Assembly: GCA_041750555.1 (NCBI GenBank)
Contig: JBGSZB010000011.1
Span: 588 to 64,587 of the forward strand
Reading direction: 5' to 3'
Length of the DNA stretch: 64,000 bases
Source of the DNA: Candidatus Dojkabacteria bacterium
GTDB lineage: Bacteria > Patescibacteriota > Dojkabacteria > J137
This document shows, in pieces, positions 1 to 9,298 of the stretch (position 1 is the stretch's first letter; the number at the start of each line of letters is the position of its first letter). A program made the position numbers and the translations under genes. The notes beneath the pieces were generated by a model. The model was not told the origin of the DNA, did not search any database, and worked only from the letters and a program-made list of their open reading frames with translations.

Positions 1-645
1 TAATCTTTTAATTCTAACTACTCTCTTACATACCTCTATTAAGTCTTTAACTTCCTTAAATGGTGTGTCTTTTCTTTTAATAATTATTTCACTAACTAAA
101 AGATTATTAATTGATCCTCTAATATCTGAATACTTTTCAAACATTTTAGATAACTCTCTTTTACCTAATGCATTTAACAAATCTGATGCCTTAACATTAA
201 GATTTACATTAAATCTCATGTCTAAATCTTCAAATTCTCTTTCAAAAGATAAACCAGCTACACTTTGAAGTTGTGTCATTGACCAACCTAAATCAGCGAG
301 CAACCCATCTATCATATTTATTTCTAAAGAGCTTAATACTGAAAAGATATTAGAAAAATTATTATTTACTAAAATTACTTCTAAACCATCTTTTTTAAAG
401 TATTTAATTTCTGAGTTATTTCCTACTTCCTCTTTAAAGTTTAATGTTTTTAACTTCTCACTAAACTTTTTAATTTGATTTAAATCTATATCTAAACAAA
501 TTAATTTACCTCTACTTAGTTTATTTATTATCTCTAAACTATGTCCTCCTTCTCCTAGTGTTGCATCTATATATATACCTTCATTTTTAAAAATTAGGTT
601 TTCAACACTTTCTTGTAATAGAACGCTTTTATGTATCACTTTCAT
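1..645 (-). CDS. rsmH: 16S rRNA (cytosine1402-N4)-methyltransferase RsmH, partial (C-terminus runs off the window)
   Basis: Reverse-complement translation begins MKVIHKSVLLQESVENL...IYIDATLGEGGHSLEI...DGLLADLGWSMTQLQ...FSFEREFEDLDMRFN, which carries the RsmH SAM-binding and GGHS signatures. It lies directly downstream of mraZ in the conserved mraZ-rsmH order. No stop codon before the window edge. Confidence 0.85.
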   Translation of the reverse strand, partial: MKVIHKSVLLQESVENLIFKNEGIYIDATLGEGGHSLEIINKLSRGKLICLDIDLNQIKKFSEKLKTLNFKEEVGNNSEIKYFKKDGLEVILVNNNFSNIFSVLSSLEINMIDGLLADLGWSMTQLQSVAGLSFEREFEDLDMRFNVNLNVKASDLLNALGKRELSKMFEKYSDIRGSINNLLVSEIIIKRKDTPFKEVKDLIEVCKRVVRIKRL

Positions 646-1078
646 TTATACTTTTTGTTAATCTTTCTCCTAAATCTGATATTTCGTTACTTAATTTATC
701 TAGTTTCTTATTCCATTTCTCTAAGTCCCATATCTCTATCCATTCTCCAACTCCTAAAAAAACTATGTCGTTATTTAATTCACTAAAGTTTTTTAATTCT
801 TCACTTATTACAAATCTACCTTGTTTATCGTATTCAATCTCTATTGCTCCACTTAAAAGATATCTTTTTGTATCTCTTACATTTAAAGATAGTAATGGAT
901 TTTTATTTATCTCTTTAATTAGTGTATCCCAACTTTTACTATCTACCATTATTAAACATCTCTCGTATCCCCTTGTTAGAATAACCTTACCTTTAATTTC
1001 TTCTCTTAGTCTTTTAGGTATAGCTACTCTATTTTTTTCACCTATTACACTTTGATATTCTCCAATAAACATATACAA
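629..1078 (-). CDS. mraZ: Transcriptional regulator MraZ
   Basis: 149 aa. The N-terminus MYMFIGEYQSVIGEKNRVAIPKRLRE is typical of MraZ, and the protein has the duplicated MraZ domain arrangement. Its stop overlaps the rsmH start, as is usual. Confidence 0.8.
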   Translation of the reverse strand: MYMFIGEYQSVIGEKNRVAIPKRLREEIKGKVILTRGYERCLIMVDSKSWDTLIKEINKNPLLSLNVRDTKRYLLSGAIEIEYDKQGRFVISEELKNFSELNNDIVFLGVGEWIEIWDLEKWNKKLDKLSNEISDLGERLTKSINESDT

Positions 1079-1232
1079 CTTTAAATTCGTAATTATAAGT
1101 TATATTATTTATTTCTTCCACCTTTCACCACTTACTACCACTATAATAAAGATATTAAAAAAAAGTGTCAAGGGTATTGTATTAAGAAAATATATATTAT
1201 CAAAGTAATAATGATTTAGGGGCTTTTGGAAA

Positions 1233-3212
1233 TTAAATCTTCCACTCAGATATATTCTTAAACCTATCTTCAATACTAGATACGTTACTTAGATTAACGT
1301 TACTTAATTGGTTATTAGAATAATAAAGGAATTTAGGGTGATAAAGAAATATTACTGGAGAATCACTTGCAATTAAATCTTGAGCTTCAAAATAATCATC
1401 TAAACGTTTATCTTTTTCTAAAACAGGATCTCTAGCTCTTGCTCTATCAAGTAAATCATCTACTTTAGCAACATTTATGGTAGAGGGATCAGTAGCACTT
1501 GTTCTATTTGGATTAGGTTTTACTGTTTGAGCTAATCCAACATATGATGAAATATTTAACTTAGGATACTCACTTTGAGAACTATGAAATAACTCATATC
1601 TATCTGGGTCTAAGAATGTATTAACACCATAAAGAATTACATCAAAAGATTTAGGAGTTAAAACCTCGTTATTTAATTCCTCTAAACTCCAACCATTTTC
1701 TGCTCCCTCAACTTGAGATTGCCCACTTTGATCTAGTCTGTCAATAATAGCTTTTATACCTACTCTTTCTAAATTCTTTTGAATAACTCTAGCAACTACA
1801 GTTCTATCATATGAATTAACATAATACAGAGAGAAACTCATAACTTCACCTGCCTCGTTAGTTCTATACTTATCTCCACCCTTAATAGTCCAACCAGCTT
1901 CAGTTAATAATTGATTAGCTCTTGATTGATTAAATGTATACCAAGATGTTTTAGAATTGTAGAAAGGGGAATAACTAGATATTGGACCTAATGCTTCTTC
2001 ACCAGCACCTAATAGTCCAGTATTAATAACTTCTTCTCTACTAATTGCACTAGAGATTGCTCTTCTAACATTTACATCACCAAAAAAAGAAGGACCTTTT
2101 AAGTTACCATCATTATCTTTCGCTAAGTTAAAGTATAATGCCCAATACTGTTTAGATAACACAGAACTTAAATTAATATCTATATTTTTGTATTTATCCA
2201 TTTCAGATTCGTATTGAATAGAAGAAGTTGCTAGGGAGTGAACTTCACCATTCTTTAGGGCATCAATAGCATCTTGTAGAGATTTATAGTATTTAAACTG
2301 TATAGTATTAATATTAGGTTTAAAAGTCTCATGATAATCTTCATTTGTAGTTAAGGAAATTGAAAAATCATCTGAAGTTAAAAACTTAAACTTTCCTGTT
2401 CCTAGTGGGAACTTGTATATAGTTGGAATTAAAGAATCAAAATTTGATGAATTAATATCTTTAATCTTATGTTCAGGCAATATCTTAATACTTAATAGTT
2501 CTAAAAGATTAGATATCTTTTCTTTATCCTTTGTAATATTACAATTAGTTAATTCAGTATTATCTTCAGGTTTTGTACAAACTCTAACAGCATAATCACT
2601 AATCTTCATCCAAGTTAATCTTTTAATTGTTCTAATATATGAATTAGTATCAGGTAAACTAGATAATAGATTAAAGGTAGCAATAACATCATCTGCATTA
2701 AAATCAGTTCCATCATGCCATTTAACACCTCTTTTTAAATCAAATTGATAATCAGCACCTTGTTGAAATAAAACAATTTCAGAAGTTAAAACAGGAACAA
2801 CTTCAGTTGAATAATTACCCTCTTTATCTTGAACTGATTCATATTTAATTAGTGGTTCATAAACTAACTCAACAATATCTTTTTCTAATTGAACATTTGA
2901 GGGTATTAATGGATTAATTCTAGATAATTTCTGAGGTCTACCAAGAGCATCTGATCCTACAACTACTGCTTCTACTAATTTGATTGTATGAAATCCTAAT
3001 ATAGCTCCATTAAAGGGTGTGAAAAATATTAATGCTAAAAGTATAAAAACTAGGGCTCCTGAAAAAAAATGAGATAAGGGAACAGATTTATTATAATAAG
3101 AGATAAATCTTCTTTTATACCTATTATCTTCCAAAAATAAATCGGGGTATTTCCAGAAAAAATCCCTAATGAAATACATTAATTTTTCAATATATTTAAA
3201 CGGATTAAGCAT
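1233..3212 (-). CDS. ABC transporter substrate-binding protein, family 5 (peptide/nickel type), N-terminally membrane-anchored
   Basis: 659 aa with an N-terminal hydrophobic anchor. The length and overall pattern resemble OppA/DppA-like solute-binding proteins. No permease or ATPase genes are adjacent, so the assignment is tentative. Confidence 0.45.
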   Translation of the reverse strand: MLNPFKYIEKLMYFIRDFFWKYPDLFLEDNRYKRRFISYYNKSVPLSHFFSGALVFILLALIFFTPFNGAILGFHTIKLVEAVVVGSDALGRPQKLSRINPLIPSNVQLEKDIVELVYEPLIKYESVQDKEGNYSTEVVPVLTSEIVLFQQGADYQFDLKRGVKWHDGTDFNADDVIATFNLLSSLPDTNSYIRTIKRLTWMKISDYAVRVCTKPEDNTELTNCNITKDKEKISNLLELLSIKILPEHKIKDINSSNFDSLIPTIYKFPLGTGKFKFLTSDDFSISLTTNEDYHETFKPNINTIQFKYYKSLQDAIDALKNGEVHSLATSSIQYESEMDKYKNIDINLSSVLSKQYWALYFNLAKDNDGNLKGPSFFGDVNVRRAISSAISREEVINTGLLGAGEEALGPISSYSPFYNSKTSWYTFNQSRANQLLTEAGWTIKGGDKYRTNEAGEVMSFSLYYVNSYDRTVVARVIQKNLERVGIKAIIDRLDQSGQSQVEGAENGWSLEELNNEVLTPKSFDVILYGVNTFLDPDRYELFHSSQSEYPKLNISSYVGLAQTVKPNPNRTSATDPSTINVAKVDDLLDRARARDPVLEKDKRLDDYFEAQDLIASDSPVIFLYHPKFLYYSNNQLSNVNLSNVSSIEDRFKNISEWKI

Positions 3213-3438
3213 TTAATACAGCTATTGCAATAGATAATACTGCAAATAGTATACCTAAAATGATAGTAGAATTATATAGTAAACCCTCTAAACCTCTTTT
3301 AGATCTATAAAATTCTCCTCCTGACATTCCACCAAATACAGTTCCTAGTCCTCCACTTCTATTTTGTAAAACAACTGCAACACATAAAAGAATAGCAACT
3401 ACTGCTAATATATATTTTAAAATGTTTACAAGATCCAT
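3205..3438 (-). CDS. secG: Preprotein translocase subunit SecG
   Basis: 77 aa, two TM segments, and the SecG signature ...VVLQNRSGGLGTVFGGMSGGEFY... Confidence 0.7.
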   Translation of the reverse strand: MDLVNILKYILAVVAILLCVAVVLQNRSGGLGTVFGGMSGGEFYRSKRGLEGLLYNSTIILGILFAVLSIAIAVLNA

Positions 3439-3490
3439 AATTTAATAATAACTAGTTGGAATTTTATCAGAATAAACCTTTATAGTAAAA

Positions 3491-3889
3491 CTATCTTGCT
3501 TTATATAACATGTCTATCCCTATAGCTACTACACTTGAGACAATTGTTAAATAAACTAAATTCAGAGTTTGCTCAGTTACTGTAACAATACCAATTAATT
3601 TAAAAATATCAGGAGTATTACCTGTAAAGGTAATTATCTCTAAGATTAAGCCAACAACTAGAAAATATATAAAACAAAAAATAGCACCTAAAAGTAATTC
3701 AGATGCATTATTTAGTGGAATCTTAAAAAATCTTAAAGTAAATGGAATTGCATAAATCATGACTCCAAATGCTAGAGCTAACATTAATTTATATATCAAT
3801 TCAGTTGGTAATAAAATACTACTACCAAATAATGTAGTAACTAAAAAAAAGACTGAAGTGTTCCTTAAAATTAAATACATTTCTTTCAT
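3491..3889 (-). CDS. Small polytopic membrane protein, function unknown
   Basis: 132 aa with about four hydrophobic segments. Overlaps ftsX by 4 bp, so probably co-transcribed. Confidence 0.4.
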   Translation of the reverse strand: MKEMYLILRNTSVFFLVTTLFGSSILLPTELIYKLMLALAFGVMIYAIPFTLRFFKIPLNNASELLLGAIFCFIYFLVVGLILEIITFTGNTPDIFKLIGIVTVTEQTLNLVYLTIVSSVVAIGIDMLYKAR

Positions 3890-4977
3890 CTTATATACCT
3901 TTTAATAGATAAAAAGCTACTAATAGAGCCAATTAAAAATCCAGTTACCGTACTTAGTAAAATTAACCCAACCCAACCTAATGTACTAACATATGGCCAA
4001 GGTAGATTACTAAAATTCTCATAAATAAATGTTGATAATACAGAGTTAGAATCTGCTACGAAAACTACAAATATAACACTCGCTATAAAAATTGATGAGA
4101 TAAAGGAACCAATTAACCCATAAAATCCACCCTCTAATATATATGGAGCTCTAATAAATGTAAGACTACCTCCAACTAATTGCATAACACCAATCTCCTC
4201 CATTTGATTGTAAAGCCTAAATTCTACAGTCATAAATGTAAAAAAGAATATAACAATAAATAATAGGGTAATAATAAATATTCCAGCAATCCTTACAGAA
4301 GTTAAAACCTCTCTTAATTGATCTAAGTTTTTATCATCAACTCTTAATTCTATTGGTGGTCTATTAGGATCTGTTTGATACTTGTATGTAAATTCTTCTA
4401 AAGATAAATCATCTTCCAAAGTTACATCTTCAGTAGTTACCTCTGTTGCGTTATCACCCTCCTCTGTTGGTGTTTCTTCTACAACCTCTGTATCACTTTC
4501 TTCTGTTTTAATAATCTTTAATAAACCCAACTCTTCATCAATACTTGATTGTATAGAATTTTTAACGCTTTCTAAATCAGATAAAGACCAAATTTGAATA
4601 TCTAAACTAGATGGTAATATCTTCTCCTCTTTTGTTTTTAAAATCTCATAAGTTTCAGGTAAAACTTTAGCTGTATAATCAGCATATTGCTCATAAGCTT
4701 GGGCTTCAGTTGTATATTCTATATCTTTAATTTTTGGATTACTCTTCCAAGTATCTCTTAATCTATCTACAACCTCTCTATCCATTCCTTCTTCAAAGAA
4801 AACTAATAAGTTACTTTTAGTTTCAATAAATTGAATATATAAATTAGAGATATATGCTAATCCTCCGAATATAATAGCAACTAAAAATGCTAATGTCATA
4901 ACACTAACAGAAGCCCAACCTACCCAGCCACTTCTTTTAATTTGTTTTAGTGAGTTCGCTAATATTCTTCTAAACAT
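3886..4977 (-). CDS. ftsX: Cell-division permease-like protein FtsX
   Basis: N-terminus MFRRILANSLKQIKRSGWVGWASVSVMTLAFLV is typical of FtsX. It has a large extracytoplasmic loop carrying an acidic E/T/D-rich insert and C-terminal TM helices, and sits immediately downstream of ftsE. Confidence 0.75.
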   Translation of the reverse strand: MFRRILANSLKQIKRSGWVGWASVSVMTLAFLVAIIFGGLAYISNLYIQFIETKSNLLVFFEEGMDREVVDRLRDTWKSNPKIKDIEYTTEAQAYEQYADYTAKVLPETYEILKTKEEKILPSSLDIQIWSLSDLESVKNSIQSSIDEELGLLKIIKTEESDTEVVEETPTEEGDNATEVTTEDVTLEDDLSLEEFTYKYQTDPNRPPIELRVDDKNLDQLREVLTSVRIAGIFIITLLFIVIFFFTFMTVEFRLYNQMEEIGVMQLVGGSLTFIRAPYILEGGFYGLIGSFISSIFIASVIFVVFVADSNSVLSTFIYENFSNLPWPYVSTLGWVGLILLSTVTGFLIGSISSFLSIKRYIR

Positions 4978-4991
4978 AATTTATTATATAA

Positions 4992-6353
4992 CTATTTCTT
5001 TAACTTTTTTATAGACTTAGAAATTAATTTAATCTCCCCTTTATCAATTATCATATCCTCATTTAATTTTTCAGGACCAGCTCTTAAAATATCACCTACA
5101 TTTTTATATCCATTAGCTTTTAAATCACTCTTAATATTTTTAGGTAAATCTAACTTATCTACACTTAACTCACCTACTTCATTTAAAAACTTTTCGTCTT
5201 CAACTTCTGCCTCATCCTTAACTTTCTTAGCATTATCCTTTTCTTTAGAAGCCTTATCATTAGATTTACTTTCATTTTCAGTTTCATTATCGTTTTCATT
5301 TTCTTTAACTACTTCATTTTTTTCTTCACCTTCATCTATTAGATCTTCAACATTTTCTATAACATCTTTTTTTGATTCAACAGGTATTTTTACTTTATCT
5401 TCTTCACTATATATCTCATCATAACTCTTATCTAATACATCAGTTATTTTTTCCTTTTTATCTGATCTTCTTAAAAATCCAAAGAATCTTCTTTTTTCAG
5501 GTTCTTTAATATCTTCAACAATCTCACTAACCTGGGTTTCTTCTGGTAAATTATCTTCTAAATCATTTATTTTAAATTTAAAACTCTTTTTCTCATTATT
5601 TTTCTTACTCTTTTTCTTTGTATCCTTTGGAGATTCTTCGTTATCTAAAACTAACTTTTCAAAGTTCTTAGATACCATTTCGTACTGTCCTTTATTATCA
5701 TCTCTAATAATCTTACCTCCCTCCATTTGAATAACTCTTTTATTTAGAGAGTTAACAATATCGGTTCCATGAGTAGACATAATTACTGTAGTACCCCAAT
5801 TATTAATTTTAGTTAAAACTTGAACAATATCCCAAGCACTTGCAGGATCTAAGTTACCTGTTGGTTCATCAGCTATTAATATCTTTGGATTATTTGAAAT
5901 AGCTCTAGCAATTGCTACTCTTTGTTGTTCTCCACCTGATAACTGTCTTGGAAACGAATTTAATCTATTAGAAAGACCTACAATATCTAAAACATAGGGA
6001 ACAGTTTCTTTAATCTCTTTAGTTGTTTTACCTGCAGCTTCCATTGCAAATGCTACATTTTCAAAAGCAGTTTTATCTGGAATTAATTTAAAATCTTGAA
6101 ATATTACACCTATCTCTCTTCTTAATTTATATACCTTTCTTCTATTAATTTTTGTTATATCAACCTCATCAAAAAATATCCTTCCGCTTGATGGAAGTTC
6201 ATCTCTAATTAACATTTTAATTACTGTAGTTTTACCACTTCCAGATGGACCTATCAAAAAAAGAAATTCTCCTTCATTAATTGTAAAGTTTACATTATCT
6301 ACTGCAGTTATATTTCCATCATACACTTTAGAAACATTATTAAACTCAACCAT
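4992..6353 (-). CDS. ftsE: Cell-division ABC ATPase FtsE, fused to a ~220-aa Lys/Glu/Asp-rich linker and a C-terminal helix-hairpin-helix (RpoA alpha-CTD-like) domain
   Basis: Residues 1-225 carry Walker [10 protein letters not shown], the ABC signature [14 protein letters not shown] and Walker [13 protein letters not shown]. The C-terminus ...[32 protein letters not shown]...[14 protein letters not shown] aligns by eye with the RpoA alpha-CTD HhH fold. Confidence 0.8.
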   Translation of the reverse strand: MVEFNNVSKVYDGNITAVDNVNFTINEGEFLFLIGPSGSGKTTVIKMLIRDELPSSGRIFFDEVDITKINRRKVYKLRREIGVIFQDFKLIPDKTAFENVAFAMEAAGKTTKEIKETVPYVLDIVGLSNRLNSFPRQLSGGEQQRVAIARAISNNPKILIADEPTGNLDPASAWDIVQVLTKINNWGTTVIMSTHGTDIVNSLNKRVIQMEGGKIIRDDNKGQYEMVSKNFEKLVLDNEESPKDTKKKSKKNNEKKSFKFKINDLEDNLPEETQVSEIVEDIKEPEKRRFFGFLRRSDKKEKITDVLDKSYDEIYSEEDKVKIPVESKKDVIENVEDLIDEGEEKNEVVKENENDNETENESKSNDKASKEKDNAKKVKDEAEVEDEKFLNEVGELSVDKLDLPKNIKSDLKANGYKNVGDILRAGPEKLNEDMIIDKGEIKLISKSIKKLKK

Positions 6354-8379
6354 GCTTTTTTCTATAATTCTTAAAAATTTTTGTCTTAAAAGTATACTTG
6401 CTTTTTAAATTCTTTAACAGTCTAAAATTTATCCTTTTAGTTACACTCTTTTTATATTTAATTAACAGCGTTATTAAAAGAATTAATATAACTAGTATAA
6501 GTATTACTTTATACAAATCTTTATTTACATAAATATTTAAATTAATTAACCCATTACTTTCAAAGTTTTCAGATTTAATTACGTAATTTAAATTAGTATT
6601 GTTTGTATCTATTAAAAATATTCCTGGATTAATTTCTCCATTAACCTCTACCTCTGATAGTGGTGGAATTATTAAATTAGTGTCATTAATCACTTCCTCC
6701 ACATTGTAACTGTTATTTGATATTAAAATATCTTTTGGATAAAAAAAGAAATTATTTGGGTTATATATTCTTAAACCTAAATAGTTGGATACTCCAGATT
6801 GTAGAGATATATTAGAATCTATACTTAAACTCAATGTTTTTAAGTTATTTGAGCTTTCATTAACTTCACTAACTTCGTTTATGTCACTTAAAGTATTTAC
6901 ATCATTTTTTCTAAATTTAGAAATTATTGGAGAAGATATATCACTTCTTAATCCTAAAAACCCTGAGTTACTATCAAGGGACCACATTCCATAAGTTATT
7001 CTATCTCTAGAATCCTTCATAAAGTATGTTAAAAGATTAACCTCTTCTAAGAGTGGATCTAATATATATTCAGTGTTATCTAACTTAAATTCACACCAAA
7101 CATGAGGAGTAGATGTTTCATTTAATAAATATCCATAAACTATTCTAAAAGGAATATTAAATTCTTTAGCAAAGCTTCCAATTATGTAACAGTATTCAAA
7201 AGAATTAAATTTATCACTTTCACTTAACTTCTCCCATATTAAATTAACACTTTCATTACTTATAACTTCATTTAAATTAGGGCTTAATTTGTTCTTTAAG
7301 TACTCATTAACAGCTCTTAACTTCTCTAATGGGGTATTTACTACCTCTACAAACTCCAAAGCCTCTAAATAGAAGTTTTTAGATTTATCAATATTAAATT
7401 CATTGTTAAATACATTAAAACTCTCTTTTTCTATTCTGCTATTAAAATATTTAACATTATTTGTATTATTTAAATTACTCTCACTCTCTAGAATATTTGC
7501 ACCATTAGAATATATATTCATTTCAAAATTAAATTCAGTATCTGATTTAGGTATTAATACATAGTTATTTAAATACTTATCATTAAAAGCATAACTTAGT
7601 GTTGGAGAATTAAGATATTCAAATGTAAAATCTCTTTCAAATGGCAAATTAAAAAGTAAGTATGAATTTAAATTTATAATACCAATCTCATTTTCTAATA
7701 TATCCTCTTCTGTATTTTCACTAATATTTAAATCATTATTAACCCCAATCTTAAAATTTGAATAAACATTATCTATCTCTCCCCATAATATTTTTAATGC
7801 ACCATTACTAGATCCGCTTATACTATTCCCAATTGAATTGTAATCATTGGAATATACTGTTAAGTTATTACCAAAACTCACGGGATAAGTAATATTAAAT
7901 TTAAAGCTTTGTAGAGAAAAATCATTTTCATAGTATGGGAAGTAAAATTGTTTTAAAGAAAAAAACTCTTTAACTAAAGATTTAGTATCAAATTCAATAT
8001 TAAGTATTGGATCTAAATTAAATATTGATAATTTATCTTTTAAACTAATTAATAAACTAGTGGTATTACCCTCAACCTCTTTATTAAAGTTAAACTCTCC
8101 AAAAGTATTATCTACCTTTAAGTTTTCAATATCTTTAAAGGGGAATACTACTCTAACCGATTCAAATACCTTAGTATCTGTTACATTAATATAGCTGATA
8201 TTTAGTTTAAAGTTAGAATTTAAATTCTCATCAATTGTAATATCTATACTACTATCACTGTTTGCTAGTGCCTTAACTTTATTTATTTTAAAGTTTAATA
8301 ACAGTGTTATTGAAATTAATAACAGTATAGTAATTAGTAATATTTTAAATTTATTAAGCTTTATAGTTTTAAACCCCAT
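6346..8379 (-). CDS. Transglutaminase-like (Cys-His-Asp) domain surface protein with N-terminal signal/anchor and C-terminal TM plus basic tail
   Basis: 677 aa. The core EYCYIIGSFAKEFNIPFRIVYGY...TPHVWCEFKLDNTEYILDP matches the transglutaminase-like cysteine protease Cys/His/Asp arrangement. There is a hydrophobic N-terminus and a C-terminal TM followed by a K/R-rich tail. Confidence 0.5.
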   Translation of the reverse strand: MGFKTIKLNKFKILLITILLLISITLLLNFKINKVKALANSDSSIDITIDENLNSNFKLNISYINVTDTKVFESVRVVFPFKDIENLKVDNTFGEFNFNKEVEGNTTSLLISLKDKLSIFNLDPILNIEFDTKSLVKEFFSLKQFYFPYYENDFSLQSFKFNITYPVSFGNNLTVYSNDYNSIGNSISGSSNGALKILWGEIDNVYSNFKIGVNNDLNISENTEEDILENEIGIINLNSYLLFNLPFERDFTFEYLNSPTLSYAFNDKYLNNYVLIPKSDTEFNFEMNIYSNGANILESESNLNNTNNVKYFNSRIEKESFNVFNNEFNIDKSKNFYLEALEFVEVVNTPLEKLRAVNEYLKNKLSPNLNEVISNESVNLIWEKLSESDKFNSFEYCYIIGSFAKEFNIPFRIVYGYLLNETSTPHVWCEFKLDNTEYILDPLLEEVNLLTYFMKDSRDRITYGMWSLDSNSGFLGLRSDISSPIISKFRKNDVNTLSDINEVSEVNESSNNLKTLSLSIDSNISLQSGVSNYLGLRIYNPNNFFFYPKDILISNNSYNVEEVINDTNLIIPPLSEVEVNGEINPGIFLIDTNNTNLNYVIKSENFESNGLINLNIYVNKDLYKVILILVILILLITLLIKYKKSVTKRINFRLLKNLKSKYTFKTKIFKNYRKKHG

Positions 8380-8434
8380 TATATGTAATAATCCAACTAA
8401 TATATTAAAATATCCTAGATTAATAATACATTAA

Positions 8435-9298
8435 ATGCATAGTTTTAAAAAAAGTTTTGGACAAAATTTTCTAAAAGGCCATAAGTTTCAATCTTTAATG
8501 GTTGAATATCTAGATCTTAAAGAAGATGATTTAGTTATAGAGATTGGTCCTGGAGATGGCTCTCTAACTCTTCATCTATTAGAAACTAATGCATTAGTTA
8601 ACTCTATTGAAATTGATTACTCCCTTCTTCCAACATTACTTAGAAAGTTTGATCGGAATAATAACTTTAATTTAATTAATGAAGATATATTAAAATTAGA
8701 CTTTAAAGAACTTTTAAATAATACTTTTAATAAAGATAGGTTTAGTGAGTTATTAAAGGATAATAGAGGAGTTAAGATATGTGGTTCTCTTCCATACAAT
8801 ATTTCTAAAAGGATTATCTCTAGCTTATTAGATTTAAATTTATCTTTTCATATTGATAATAAATATGGAATTAAAATTGAATCTATGTGTTTTATTGTTC
8901 AAGATGAAGTTGCTAAAGAATATGTATCAAGACCCCCACAAGCTGCAAAACTCTCTGTAATTTCTTCCCTTTATTCTGATATTAAAAAGGGATTAAGTAT
9001 TCCTAAAGACTATTTTTATCCAAAACCTAAGGTTGATGGTGGGATATTAATATTTAAACCTTTAAATAATTCTGATGATTTTAATGTATTAAACATTAAA
9101 GAGATTATTAAATTAGTAAATATTGGATATATATCTCCTAGAAAAACGTTATACAACAACTTAAAATCTAGTAATAAATGGGATAGTGATAATATTTTAA
9201 AAAGTATTGAAGCTATTGGATTTATAAATACTACTAGGGCATCTGAGTTATCCCGTGATAATTGGATTAAGCTCTATTCTCTTTTAATTAATTCTTAA
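8435..9298 (+). CDS. rsmA: 16S rRNA (adenine1518/1519-N6)-dimethyltransferase RsmA/KsgA
   Basis: Contains FGQNFL...VIEIGPGDGSLT, the KsgA SAM-binding motifs. Confidence 0.85.
   Translation: MHSFKKSFGQNFLKGHKFQSLMVEYLDLKEDDLVIEIGPGDGSLTLHLLETNALVNSIEIDYSLLPTLLRKFDRNNNFNLINEDILKLDFKELLNNTFNKDRFSELLKDNRGVKICGSLPYNISKRIISSLLDLNLSFHIDNKYGIKIESMCFIVQDEVAKEYVSRPPQAAKLSVISSLYSDIKKGLSIPKDYFYPKPKVDGGILIFKPLNNSDDFNVLNIKEIIKLVNIGYISPRKTLYNNLKSSNKWDSDNILKSIEAIGFINTTRASELSRDNWIKLYSLLINS

Noticed and set aside
65-268. Short plus-strand ORFs in the six-frame track. Examples are 65..268, 765..1055, 2413..2595, 4382..4597, 6785..6994, 12197..12409, 14299..14589, 16379..16720, 28199..28501, 39630..39974 and 61171..61632.
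   Set aside because: Each lies entirely inside a longer, well-supported gene on the opposite strand. Their translations are low-complexity, typical of shadow ORFs in AT-rich DNA.
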